Shown piece by piece: positions 31,783 to 41,163 of a stretch of 64,000 nucleotides of DNA. The notes beneath the pieces are model-generated. The model was not told the DNA's origin. It worked only from the letters and a program-made list of their open reading frames with translations, and ran no database searches. The translations under genes and the position numbers were made by a program. Origin of the DNA: Terriglobia bacterium (lineage in GTDB: Bacteria; Acidobacteriota; Terriglobia; Acidiferrales; UBA7541); contig OY968796.1 in the NCBI GenBank assembly GCA_963695545.1, positions 2,784,001 through 2,848,000 of the forward strand, written 5' to 3'. Every line of letters begins with the position of its first letter. Position 1 is the first letter of the stretch.

Positions 31783-32340
31783 ATGTGGCGCAAGCCAGAT
31801 GAGCCGAAGGTTTCTTCTCCCTCTGCCGCACCCACGTTTCCGCAAGCCGCCGCGCCACGCACCGAAACGCTGTCCGCGACTTCAGCGCCCGCAGGAACTG
31901 CCGCGGCGACTCCCGCAAATCGAACTGTGAGTGCGCCTCCATCGGGCGGAGCACTGCTCACGCCCTCGATCATCGTGAAGGGAGAAATCTCCGGACGCGA
32001 AGATCTTTATGTCGATGGCGAAGTGCACGGTAAAATTCAAATTCTCGAAGGCAAGGTTACCATCGGGCCGCAGGGACGCGTTTCGGCGGACATCGATGCA
32101 CGCGAAATTCTGGTGCGCGGCAAGGTGCAGGGAAGTCTCCACGGTCGCGAACGCGTCGAGATTGCTGCCGCCGGAGACGTGCACGGCGACGTGACGGCGC
32201 GTCGCTTAGTGATCGACGAAGGAGCAGTGGTTCAGGGTTCAATAGAGATCGAACGGCCGGCGGACGCGCCGCCGCGCGTTTCGCGCGCGACAGTGCCCGA
32301 GGCCGAGCAGCCGGTCGCGTTCGAGACCGCGAAGCTGTAG
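31783..32340 (+). CDS. Bactofilin (polymer-forming cytoskeletal protein)
   Basis: Pro/Ala N-tail then KGEISGREDLYVDGEVHG..V.GDV..RL.IDEGA..QG; GGAGG SD. Confidence 0.9.
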   Translation: MWRKPDEPKVSSPSAAPTFPQAAAPRTETLSATSAPAGTAAATPANRTVSAPPSGGALLTPSIIVKGEISGREDLYVDGEVHGKIQILEGKVTIGPQGRVSADIDAREILVRGKVQGSLHGRERVEIAAAGDVHGDVTARRLVIDEGAVVQGSIEIERPADAPPRVSRATVPEAEQPVAFETAKL

Positions 32341-32349
32341 AAAACGGAC

Positions 32350-33123
32350 ATGAGCTTTCTGAACCGATTGCGATTTTCCGCCGCCGCCCCAGTGGGCGCC
32401 CAGCCCTCGCGGCATCTTCAGGCGGAAGGCCCATCGGGGTCGTCCGGGCGATTTGCGATGTCCGCGTCGCCGGTTTCAGTGCCGGTGGGAACGCCGGCCG
32501 GGCCGGCATACGCGCCGCGAACGCCGCGCCCCTCGAACGGCCTCAAAGAATTCTTGTGGCACCTTGACGGCGTAGGCCATGGCCAGTTGCTCGACGTCGG
32601 TCCAGCGTGGCAGCACACCGTGGGATTTTTCATCGAGCGTGGCTTCCGCGTTTACAGCGAAGATGTGCTGAGCGAATGGCAGTCGTTTCGTTCCGATGAA
32701 GAAGCTAAGGTGCGCGCGCTCGGACCGGGCGAAGGCGATGAAGACATGACTCCCGCGGGGCGCGCCGAACGCTTCGTGAAGACGATCTTTCAGCAGCAGC
32801 CGGGCACGCTGGACGGAATATTGCTGTGGGATTCGCTCGATTATTTCGATAGCGCGCTCGGTGCGCGCGTGGTATCGCGAGTCACGTCGCTGGTGCGCGA
32901 TGGCGGCGTGGTTCTGGCGTTGTTCCACAGCCGCAAGCCGGAAAGCTTTCACCGCTATCGGGTGCTCGATTCGCAGAATCTGGAATTCGTCGGCGCGTCG
33001 TGCTCGCTTGCTCCGCAGCGCATTTTCCAGAACCGCGAGATTCAGGATTTGTTCAGTCGTTTCCGCTCATCGAAGACGTTCGTGGGCCGCGATCAGGTTC
33101 GCGAAGGACTCTTCATCAAGTAG
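32350..33123 (+). CDS. Class I SAM methyltransferase-like protein
   Basis: LLDVGPA, LDGILLWDSLDY, LVRDGGVVL; motif I is degenerate. Confidence 0.65.
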   Translation: MSFLNRLRFSAAAPVGAQPSRHLQAEGPSGSSGRFAMSASPVSVPVGTPAGPAYAPRTPRPSNGLKEFLWHLDGVGHGQLLDVGPAWQHTVGFFIERGFRVYSEDVLSEWQSFRSDEEAKVRALGPGEGDEDMTPAGRAERFVKTIFQQQPGTLDGILLWDSLDYFDSALGARVVSRVTSLVRDGGVVLALFHSRKPESFHRYRVLDSQNLEFVGASCSLAPQRIFQNREIQDLFSRFRSSKTFVGRDQVREGLFIK

Positions 33124-33266
33124 CTTCTTGCCGTAGATTCTTCCTGGCGCGAACACACCCGTCCCGCAATTTCCGATGCGCTCCCGATTCAGAACGGATT
33201 CAGATCGCCCGATGAGATCTTCGGCAATATTCCAGCCCACCGGGCGAATGGCCTGATGAGGCGGTT

Positions 33267-33410
33267 CTAGTAGCGGTGATGATGACGATGATGCCAGCGA
33301 TGCCAATGCGAACTGGTCTGCTGGACGTCGATGGTGTTAGCGCTGGCTGCCACCGGAATCGCCGTGACGATTACTGCGGCGAGGAACAGAGTGATTAGAA
33401 GTGCCTTCAT
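33267..33410 (-). CDS. Secreted His-rich micropeptide 1 (47 aa)
   Basis: MKALLITLFLAAVIVTAIPVAASA-NTIDVQQTSSHWHRWHHRHHHRY; CAGGAG SD; paralog next door. Confidence 0.75.
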   Translation of the reverse strand: MKALLITLFLAAVIVTAIPVAASANTIDVQQTSSHWHRWHHRHHHRY

Positions 33411-33575
33411 GATGTGGTCTCCTGACGTCTGACTACAGACAACAGTCTGGACTGAAATTACCGGGTTGTCTGTGCCGTTGGAGACACATCGCCGGATATA
33501 CGCGCGCTTAGGAGCACGGCCGACGCGCGACATTCACTCGCCCATCCATCCGCAAAACGGCCCGCGAGGAAACAA

Positions 33576-33731
33576 CTATTCGGTGAGGTGCGGGTGATGA
33601 TGGCGATGATGACGGTGATGGTGCTGATCGCCGGTCTGATGGATGTCGATGGTGGTCGCACTGGCCGCCGCCGGAATGGACATGACGGCCGCCACAGCGA
33701 GAAAGAGAACTGCCAAAAGTCGCGATTTCAT
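33576..33731 (-). CDS. Secreted His-rich micropeptide 2 (51 aa)
   Basis: Manual translation MKSRLLAVLFLAVAAVMSIPAAASA-TTIDIHQTGDQHHHRHHRHHHPHLTE; CAGGAG SD; below the ORF-track length cutoff. Confidence 0.75.
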   Translation of the reverse strand: MKSRLLAVLFLAVAAVMSIPAAASATTIDIHQTGDQHHHRHHRHHHPHLTE

Positions 33732-33960
33732 GGTTCTGGCTCCTGACTGCAAGTGAGATCATACAACTGCAGTCTAAACGAATTCGAGCCTTAGGGCGCC
33801 AGAGTTCCAATATGTAAAGAGGCGATGCGGAGTCGCGCGCCGGCTTGCGGCTGTCGCGCGCGGCGTTTGCGTCGGCCGGGCGAACAACCCGTAGAGTAAG
33901 CGCGCGTCGCTTGGCGGAAATGCCTGGCGCGCGATGCTTCGTGTAAAGGACCGTATCTCT

Positions 33961-34128
33961 CTAGTGCCCGGGCCAAATCACGCGAATTAGATCGCGCTGA
34001 TTTTCAATCACGCCCGATTGCCACAGGATGGCGCAAAGCATCAGGCTCATGGTGACGACGGATAACGCGAGCGCGATTGCCATTTGCGATTCCGTGGCGG
34101 GTATGGTCAATTTCCGAAGTATCCGCAC
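33961..34128 (-). CDS. Small single-pass membrane protein (55 aa)
   Basis: GTG after GGGGAGGG SD; hydrophobic MAIALALSVVTMSLMLCAILW; sigma54-like site upstream. Confidence 0.6.
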   Translation of the reverse strand: MRILRKLTIPATESQMAIALALSVVTMSLMLCAILWQSGVIENQRDLIRVIWPGH

Positions 34129-34244
34129 CAAGATTCCCTCCCCCTGTTGCGTCCCTGGAAGCGCCAACAAAAAATATGGCGCGCAGTATACCCCACGGCC
34201 CCGAGCGCCGGAAGAAACTTCCGACATTTCCTGGTGGAATACGT

Positions 34245-34260
34245 GGCAATCGGAATGCCA
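34245..34260 (-). promoter_or_regulatory. sigma54 (-24/-12) promoter candidate
   Basis: Minus strand TGGCATTCCGATTGCC (GG-N10-GC). Confidence 0.55.
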
Positions 34261-34394
34261 AGACGAACGCGCCGATAAGTCTTGCATTCGCGTCTATATC
34301 GATCGGAATCCGATAAATTCGGCGCTCAAATCCGGAAGGCGTGGAAAACTTCTGCGCAGTGGCGGGTTAATTACGGCAAATTATTCCGCGCGAT

Positions 34395-35285
34395 CTAACG
34401 CGGTGCTAGGACTCCCAGTACGACGCCGGCCCAGCCTTCAGGACCTGAATATTCGGCTTGCTCGAACGGACGCGAATGTTTTGACGAATGCGGCCGTATC
34501 AGTTCGCTGAAGCTGTGTGCGCCCGCCAATTCGGGTGGCGTGGCGGAATTTTTCGCCACGTCTTCCGGTGGCAGCATGATTCCGCGGTCCGCGGCAGATA
34601 ACATCGCGCGATCATCTGGTCCTGCGCCGATGGCGACGATCTGTGACTGGAGCCGTTTGGGCGCGGAGGCGCGAAATAGTTTCGCCAGGCGCCGCGCCGC
34701 CTCTGCGCTATCCGCTATCGAAGAAAAACGCCAGAAGGGCTCGTCCGGTTGGGCGTGAAAGCCGCGCTCACGCGCCAGCGCGACGAAGCGCGCAGCGTCG
34801 TCGTCGGAGGTTCCAGCGAAGAAAAACGGCTCCTCAAAATCGCGCAGACGAAACTGTTCGGCTTCGCGCCGCGAGAGTCCGGTATTCTGCTCGATTTCGT
34901 GAAGGCTCATTTGGCTCACGCCCACCACGCTGACGCCGGCTTCCTCCGCCAATTCTTCCAGCGCGGCAGCCACTTCGCTGTAGGGTTTGCCCAAGGACAG
35001 CATTTGGAAATTGCCGGAGCGTTCCTGTCCTTCGATGCGCACGGGGAAATATCCCTGGGGAACGAACAAGCCGCCGCCATGTTCGCTGACGAACGGTCCG
35101 CTGTGGCCAAGTTTGCGGCGAATGGGATCGAGTTGCGCGCGTGTGAGCCCCGAAAAAATCACCCAGGGCACAGCGCGGAGCTCGAGTTCGTCGATGCCCG
35201 GCTGCGCACCCGCCCACGAGCCCGTGCGGGCATCGAGCAAACATCCTTCGAGCGCGGTAAATAGGATTTTTCGGGTGGCCAGCAC
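34395..35285 (-). CDS. Mannosyl-3-phosphoglycerate phosphatase-like HAD-IIB protein with degenerate catalytic motifs
   Basis: PFVSEHGGGL, TGLS..EA..RDFEEPF recall MpgP/YedP; motif I reads FTALEGCLLD; GTG 35285 lies 8 nt after TACACT. Confidence 0.7.
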   Translation of the reverse strand: MLATRKILFTALEGCLLDARTGSWAGAQPGIDELELRAVPWVIFSGLTRAQLDPIRRKLGHSGPFVSEHGGGLFVPQGYFPVRIEGQERSGNFQMLSLGKPYSEVAAALEELAEEAGVSVVGVSQMSLHEIEQNTGLSRREAEQFRLRDFEEPFFFAGTSDDDAARFVALARERGFHAQPDEPFWRFSSIADSAEAARRLAKLFRASAPKRLQSQIVAIGAGPDDRAMLSAADRGIMLPPEDVAKNSATPPELAGAHSFSELIRPHSSKHSRPFEQAEYSGPEGWAGVVLGVLAPR

Positions 35286-35469
35286 GGGAAATGAGTGTAG
35301 CGCGATCACGACGTCCGGCGAAGCGACTACTGAACCGCGGGCGAAATCGCCGGCGGGCGAGCCGGCAATTCGCACGTCACGCCGGAGAAAGACGGGACTC
35401 TTGATCTTTGTTGTGGGCAATTGTATCGTTCGCGTGACTATGAGACTCACCCACCGAATATTTGAGTCA

Positions 35470-36312
35470 ATGCGCTCCGCGCGGGCCGCGCTGCTGGCGA
35501 TGATGTTGTGTATCGCGATTGTTCCGCTGCGCGCACAAGCGCCGGCCGCGCCGGCAACACCTGCGCAGGGCGCGCCCGCGACGTCTGCGCCTGTCGCTCC
35601 GGCATGGGCCCAGCCGGGTTCTCCGGGGCATCCGCAAGTTGCTCCGCCGGCGGATTTTCACCGAGCGAGCACGAATTTCGACACGCCCATCGGAATATTC
35701 GATGGACAGTCCGATATTGGAAGCGCGGTGGTGCCGGGCAGCGCGAGCTACGACCCGAGCACGAAGCAATACACGATCAATTCCGCGGGCTACAACGTCT
35801 GGTACACGCGCGACGAATTTCGTTATCTATGGAAGAAAATGTCCGGCGACGTATCGCTCGCGGCAGACATCGCGTTTCCGGATCCGAATGGCTACGGCGA
35901 TCGCAAGGCTGTGCTGATCATTCGCCAGGATTTGGACGACGACTCCAAAGAGGCGCTGGTCGCGCTGCATGGCGCCGGCATGATTCAGCTGGCGCAGCGT
36001 CCTGAGAAGGACGCGCGCGTGAAGGACATGGAGTTTCGCATCGGCGGACGGGGGCGCCCCGGCGGCACGAGCCCGGACAGCCTGGTCACCGTGATGGCGC
36101 AGCGCATCGGAATCGAAAAGCACGGCGATTCCTTCACGCTCTTCGTCAGCCTGGAAGGCGAACCGATGCATCAGTTCGGACCGCCGATTACGCTGCACAT
36201 CGACGGGCCATTCTACGTCGGCATCGGATTCTGCTCGCACCTGCCGGATAAGTCCGATACTGCGGTGCTCTCCAACGTGGTCCTTGAAAATTCCTCCGGC
36301 GAGGTGCGTTAG
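35470..36312 (+). CDS. Secreted beta-sandwich protein of unknown function
   Basis: Signal peptide, Ala/Pro linker, GIFDGQSDIG..GYNVW..DEF..GDVSL..YVGIGFCSH; start uncertain. Confidence 0.65.
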   Translation: MRSARAALLAMMLCIAIVPLRAQAPAAPATPAQGAPATSAPVAPAWAQPGSPGHPQVAPPADFHRASTNFDTPIGIFDGQSDIGSAVVPGSASYDPSTKQYTINSAGYNVWYTRDEFRYLWKKMSGDVSLAADIAFPDPNGYGDRKAVLIIRQDLDDDSKEALVALHGAGMIQLAQRPEKDARVKDMEFRIGGRGRPGGTSPDSLVTVMAQRIGIEKHGDSFTLFVSLEGEPMHQFGPPITLHIDGPFYVGIGFCSHLPDKSDTAVLSNVVLENSSGEVR

Positions 36313-36403
36313 CGGCGTCCCACTTTAGTCGGAGTGAAGCGAGCCGCTCATTTGCTACAACGATCGGCGCGATGGGACGAAGTTGCAGCACGTGGAGAAG
36401 CGC

Positions 36404-37693
36404 ATGATCTCGCCGGTGAATCCGCAAGGCCCCAGCAGAGGAACAAAAAAATGGCTGCGAAGGTGGCAGTTCTTCGCGCGCGCGACTGTTTGTGCTGTTC
36501 TTCTGATTGTTTCCGTCGCGTTCGCCCAGTCGCAGGGCCACGCAGGAAGCTCGGCATCAGCCCCGGCGCCAAAACAAGAATCGAGCGGCGACAAAGGAAT
36601 ACAGCCCGATCTGGAATATCCGATTCTGGCGATCGGCGCGCCCGCTCCTGATTTCGATCTGCCGGGAGTAGACGGCAAAAACCATAGGCTCGCCGACTAC
36701 GCCAAAGCCAAAATTCTTGCGATCGTTTTCGAGTGCGATCACTGCCCGGTATCGCAGTTGTACGAAGACCGCATTGAAAAAATCTACCACGACTATAAAG
36801 ACAAGGGCGTGGCGCTCGTGGCGATCAACCCGAATAATCCGAAGGCAATCCGCCTGGATGAAATGGGATTTACGGACGTGGGCGATTCGCTGGCGGACAT
36901 GAAAATTCGCGCGGCGTTTCGGCACATCGATTATCCGTATCTATATGACGGCGAAACGCAAGCCGTGGCCATGAAGTTCGGCGTGGTGGCCACACCGCAT
37001 ATTTTTATTTTCGATCAGCAGCGCAAGCTTCGCTATCAAGGCGGAATTGACGACAACATGACGGAATCGCTTGCGACGTCACACGCCGCGCGCGACGCAA
37101 TTGACGCGCTGCTGGCGGGACACCCGGTCGCGGTTGAGACTACGCGCGCTTTCGGCTGCTCGACCAAGTGGCTCTCGAAATCCACGGGCGTCGAGGCCGA
37201 AATGGAGAGGATTGATGCGGAGCCGGTGACCGTGACCATGGCCAGCGCGGACGATTTGAAAAAGTTGCGCGCGAATTCGACCGGCAAGCTGTTGCTCGTG
37301 AACTTCTGGGCCACCTGGTGCGGTCCCTGCATCAGCGAATTCCCGGATTTGCAGGATACCTATCGGATGTACCGGAACCGCGACTTTACGATGGTGACGG
37401 TCTCGGAAAACGATCCGAGCGCAAAAGCGGCCGTTCTGAAATTTCTCGAGAAGATGCATGCTTCGACCACGAATCTGGCTTTTGCGTCGGCCGACACGAA
37501 TGCCATGCAAGACGCGTTCGATCCGAAAATGGGAGCGGCCGTGCCGTTCACACTGCTGATCGCTCCGAATGGCGATGTGGTTTATCAGGAGCAGGGCGAC
37601 GTGACCATTCTGAAATTGCGCCGCGCGATTCTGCTGAACCTGCCGGACACCGCGGATTATCCAGGCCAGCAAGCATTTTGGTCGGGAAGATAG
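36404..37693 (+). CDS. Exported tandem redoxin/thioredoxin-domain protein
   Basis: APDFDLPGVDG, CDHCP, GCSTK, then VNFWATWCGPC; start uncertain. Confidence 0.85.
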   Translation: MISPVNPQGPSRGTKKWLRRWQFFARATVCAVLLIVSVAFAQSQGHAGSSASAPAPKQESSGDKGIQPDLEYPILAIGAPAPDFDLPGVDGKNHRLADYAKAKILAIVFECDHCPVSQLYEDRIEKIYHDYKDKGVALVAINPNNPKAIRLDEMGFTDVGDSLADMKIRAAFRHIDYPYLYDGETQAVAMKFGVVATPHIFIFDQQRKLRYQGGIDDNMTESLATSHAARDAIDALLAGHPVAVETTRAFGCSTKWLSKSTGVEAEMERIDAEPVTVTMASADDLKKLRANSTGKLLLVNFWATWCGPCISEFPDLQDTYRMYRNRDFTMVTVSENDPSAKAAVLKFLEKMHASTTNLAFASADTNAMQDAFDPKMGAAVPFTLLIAPNGDVVYQEQGDVTILKLRRAILLNLPDTADYPGQQAFWSGR

Positions 37694-37883
37694 GGACCGA
37701 CGTCCCATTCGCCGGTGATTTCCGAACAGCTCGGCGGCCGAACCACCTTCTTTGCGCATGGTTAAACAGCGCCTAGCTGTATAATTGGTACTAATAAGTT
37801 AGAGTACCCCGCACGACAGCCTAAGGAATTCAGATTTCATAATTGGTGGCGGCATTTACTGGGCAATGCTCCGGAGCCGCGAT

Positions 37884-37925
37884 TGCCAATAAGTGTCGTT
37901 TCAAAGCGACAGAAAACGGCGGAAT
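37884..37925 (+). promoter_or_regulatory. Upstream activator box of pilin 1 (TGTCG-N8-CGACA)
   Basis: 28/42 identical, ungapped, to the reverse complement of 41869-41910. Confidence 0.65.
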
Positions 37926-38069
37926 TCACTGCTAAGCCGGCGCGGGAAGACGATGTCGGCCGCCGCTCGAAAAGGTCCCACCCCTCGCTTACATCGCTAA
38001 GTCTTGTATTTCGAGCCGGTTGAGGATGATTCTCTTGTGTCGTGCCCTGGAATCAGCAGTGTGCCCATG

Positions 38070-38085
38070 TGGCACAGCGCTTGCA
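38070..38085 (+). promoter_or_regulatory. sigma54 promoter of pilin 1
   Basis: TGGCACAGCGCTTGCA, near consensus, 70 bp before the start. Confidence 0.8.
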
Positions 38086-38154
38086 CGTATACCCACCGGG
38101 TATCGGTCGAGTTCCTCGGCGCGAAAGTGGCGCTCCAGATTCTGAGGAGATGTC

Positions 38155-38634
38155 GTGCGAAACAGGCAGAAGGGATTTTCACTCATCGAATTATTGATCG
38201 TTGTCGCGATCATCCTGATAATTGCGGCGATCGCCATACCGGCTTTAATGCGCTCGAAGATGTCCTCGAACGAGGCCTCGGCTGTCAGCTCGCTGAGGAC
38301 GATGAACACGGCTTGCGTGACGTTTTCAGACGAGTACGGCGGATTTCCCAGTTCGTTGAACGCTATGGGCGGCGAAGGAACAACTGCGCTGCCCACTTCG
38401 ACATCCGCGGAGTTGATCGACAACGTGCTGCAGAGCGGCATTAAGACCGGCTACACGTTTTCGTTTTCGGCGGGCGCTCCCGATAACGCGGGCAACGTCG
38501 ACACCTACATCATCAATGCGGCTCCGATCGTGCCGGAAGTGAGCGGCATTCGTTATTTCTACACGGATCAAACCGGTGTGATCCGCTCCGACCCAGCGAC
38601 CGCTGCAACGTTCGCCAGCACGCCGATCAGCTAG
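38155..38634 (+). CDS. Type IV pilin-like protein 1
   Basis: Class III signal KG/FSLIELLIVVAII; GAGGAG SD. Confidence 0.92.
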   Translation: MRNRQKGFSLIELLIVVAIILIIAAIAIPALMRSKMSSNEASAVSSLRTMNTACVTFSDEYGGFPSSLNAMGGEGTTALPTSTSAELIDNVLQSGIKTGYTFSFSAGAPDNAGNVDTYIINAAPIVPEVSGIRYFYTDQTGVIRSDPATAATFASTPIS

Positions 38635-38824
38635 AATTCGCGCCAGTCCAAGTTAGCGAAAGGCGCATTCCGTGACCAGCGCCGCGGGGGCAAAGCGAAA
38701 AGCTTCGTCGCCGCGCGTCGTTCGGTACGTCATGACCGGCGACCTGGCGAGAGTTGTGTTCGGGCGCGAAATTACCGGCTACAATCGCGTCACGAGAGGG
38801 AAATTCGGTTAGCCTCTCGTTGGA

Positions 38825-39718
38825 ATGAATCTCGATAGCCGCCTCGCTTTCGTGCTTCTCTACTGCGCCGTAATTCTCAGCGTGCTCTCGTTTTCTGTTT
38901 TCGCGGTAGCGGCGCCTGCTCCGGTTCATGGACTGTGGGTCTGGAAAAGCCCGACGGTGCTCGAAGCGCCTCGGGGCGCGGAGGACCTGGTCGAATTCTG
39001 CAACTCGGTCGGCATCAACGAAATCTATGTGTCAATTTCCGCGAGCACCGAGGCCGATGAGGAAAGCGATCTCGTTCATCTCATAGACCTGGCGCATCGC
39101 TCCGGGATTCGCGTGGAAGCGCTGCTATCGAGCACGGACGCGGACGAGCCGGGTAAACACAGAGATACGCTGCTCGATCACGTGCAGGGAATTGTCGCGT
39201 TCAATCGGAAGCATCCGGCGGCTCGATTCGATGGGATTCATCTGGATATCGAGCCACAGCAGCGGCCGGAGAATAAGGGTGCAGGGAATCTGCAATTCGT
39301 GCCGGATCTTGTCGACGCTTTTCGCGCTGTGCGCGCCATTGCGGAGCCGGCCGGGATGACGGTGAACACGGACATTCAGAATAAACTATTGAAGGGCGAT
39401 GCCGCCGAGCGGCAGATGCTTTTGACGTCTGTGCCGCGAATCACGCTGATGATGTATGAGCTGAGCAGCCCCGGCGATGGTGAGAGCGCCGCACAACAAG
39501 CCGAGAAGGTAGCGACATCGAGCACGAAATATCTCAGCATGGCTTACGACGGAATAGTCGGCGCGAATCTGGCGAAAATGTTGATCGCATTGCGAACGCC
39601 GGATTACGACGAGCTGCTTCCACAGATGCTCGAGAAACTCGACGACGCGAATCGCGCGAACCCGCATTACCTGGGATGGGCGCGCCATTCTTACAACGAC
39701 TATTTGCAGGCGCACTAA
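38825..39718 (+). CDS. Secreted putative TIM-barrel (glycoside hydrolase-like) protein
   Basis: Signal peptide, GLWVW, FDGIHLDIEP, LMMYE. Confidence 0.6.
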   Translation: MNLDSRLAFVLLYCAVILSVLSFSVFAVAAPAPVHGLWVWKSPTVLEAPRGAEDLVEFCNSVGINEIYVSISASTEADEESDLVHLIDLAHRSGIRVEALLSSTDADEPGKHRDTLLDHVQGIVAFNRKHPAARFDGIHLDIEPQQRPENKGAGNLQFVPDLVDAFRAVRAIAEPAGMTVNTDIQNKLLKGDAAERQMLLTSVPRITLMMYELSSPGDGESAAQQAEKVATSSTKYLSMAYDGIVGANLAKMLIALRTPDYDELLPQMLEKLDDANRANPHYLGWARHSYNDYLQAH

Positions 39719-39838
39719 AACGACGGCTCACCCACGATGCGCGCGCCCGCGTCTTGCGCAGCGACGCTCGTAGCTTCTTCAGCTGCGCGGTCCAGTTCGT
39801 CACCCGCGTGCCGCGCGTCCTAAATGGCCGAACGAGTA

Positions 39839-40876
39839 TTACGGTCGCACACCCGCAATCTTGAGCCGGATGCGATAGATGCTCGTGCTCGCCGCGATGT
39901 AGAGAGTCTTGCCGTCTGCATCTCCCCAGGCGAGATTGGCCATGCGCTCCGGAACCGCGATCGTTCCCAAATGTTTCCCCTCGGGCGAAATAATCCACAA
40001 GCCGCCCGGACCCGAACCATATAGGTTCCCCTGCTCATCCACCTTGATGCCGTCAGGCCCGCCCACGCCAGGGGCCTTCGACGCGTCCAGGAAGACCATT
40101 TCGTCGGTGACGGATCCATCCGGAAGCACGCGATATCGCAACCACTGCTTCAATCCCGACTCCGCGATGTACAGATATTTTTCGTCGGGGGAAAATGCGA
40201 TCCCGTTTGGTCTCGCGAGGTCCCCGATCACAAGTTGCAGGTGTTCGCGATCCGGCGGAGCGCCCGGCTTCTGCCGGCTCGCATTCGGGATGCGGTACAC
40301 GCCGTTCACTTTCAATTCTTTCAGCGGGTCGTCGTCGCCCTGCGTGGGCAGGCCATAAGGCGGATCGGTGAAATAAAGCGAGCCGTCCGATTTGTATACC
40401 AGGTCGTTCGGACTGCTGAGTTTCTCGCCCTGATAGGAATCCGCCAGAACCGTGATTTGCGCGTTCGGATCGAGCGATTCAAGTCGCCAGACGTTGCGCC
40501 GCGCGTGCCCTGCGACCGTCAGGCGTCCCATAGCGTCGAGAGTCATCGCATTCGAGCCGGGCTCAGGCCCTCCGTAGGGCGCTGTGCCCGTATATCCGCT
40601 CGGGTGCAGGAAGACCGTCGCGCCGCCGGCGGGGGTCCAGCGGTCAATGTTATTCGCGGGAATTTCCGCAAAGAAAAGACGGCCGTCGGGTGTCCAGACC
40701 GGCCCTTCGGTCCACTTATCGAATCCCGTCGCCACGCGCTCTAGCTTCGCATCCGCCGGCACGATCGCGTCCAGCGCGGGATCGAGCTTCTGAATCTCTT
40801 GCGGCGCTACGGAACCAGCCGCGATCGCCGCCATCAGCACCAATCCCAGCAACCATCCTGCTATGTAGGTTTTCAT
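39839..40876 (-). CDS. SMP-30/gluconolactonase family protein, secreted
   Basis: WTEGPVW, SPNDL, YFTDPPYG, PNGIAFSPDE, PDGIKVD; ATG 40876 lies 7 nt after TAGAAT. Confidence 0.92.
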   Translation of the reverse strand: MKTYIAGWLLGLVLMAAIAAGSVAPQEIQKLDPALDAIVPADAKLERVATGFDKWTEGPVWTPDGRLFFAEIPANNIDRWTPAGGATVFLHPSGYTGTAPYGGPEPGSNAMTLDAMGRLTVAGHARRNVWRLESLDPNAQITVLADSYQGEKLSSPNDLVYKSDGSLYFTDPPYGLPTQGDDDPLKELKVNGVYRIPNASRQKPGAPPDREHLQLVIGDLARPNGIAFSPDEKYLYIAESGLKQWLRYRVLPDGSVTDEMVFLDASKAPGVGGPDGIKVDEQGNLYGSGPGGLWIISPEGKHLGTIAVPERMANLAWGDADGKTLYIAASTSIYRIRLKIAGVRP

Positions 40877-41074
40877 GCGCCGCATTCTACTCCAGCATTC
40901 TGTTCAATTGCCATGCGGCCGCCAGCCCGACGGGCGTTGGGCGACTTCAGAATGGAAGGGGAAAAACGGCGGACACGTCAGACGGGCTAGTTGGCGGTTC
41001 GTCGAACACCGGCTCGCGGACGACACGTGGGGCAAATCCGCATCTCAGTGATTGCCTCGGAGTCGGTGCATAAA

Positions 41075-41118
41075 CGCCAAAATGGGGAGGAAGCTTTTCG
41101 CTTCCTCCCCATTTGGCG
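41075..41118 (-). terminator. Strong hairpin downstream of pilin 2
   Basis: CGCCAAAATGGGGAGGAAGC/GCTTCCTCCCCATTTGGCG inverted repeat about 45 bp after the stop. Confidence 0.65.
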
Positions 41119-41163
41119 AACGCCGAAACACCTTTGAGCCACTCGGATGGAACGGCGCGGATC

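Noticed and set aside
33267..33731. RiPP precursor cluster
   Set aside because: Leaders look like ordinary Sec signals and no RiPP maturase or dedicated exporter is adjacent.
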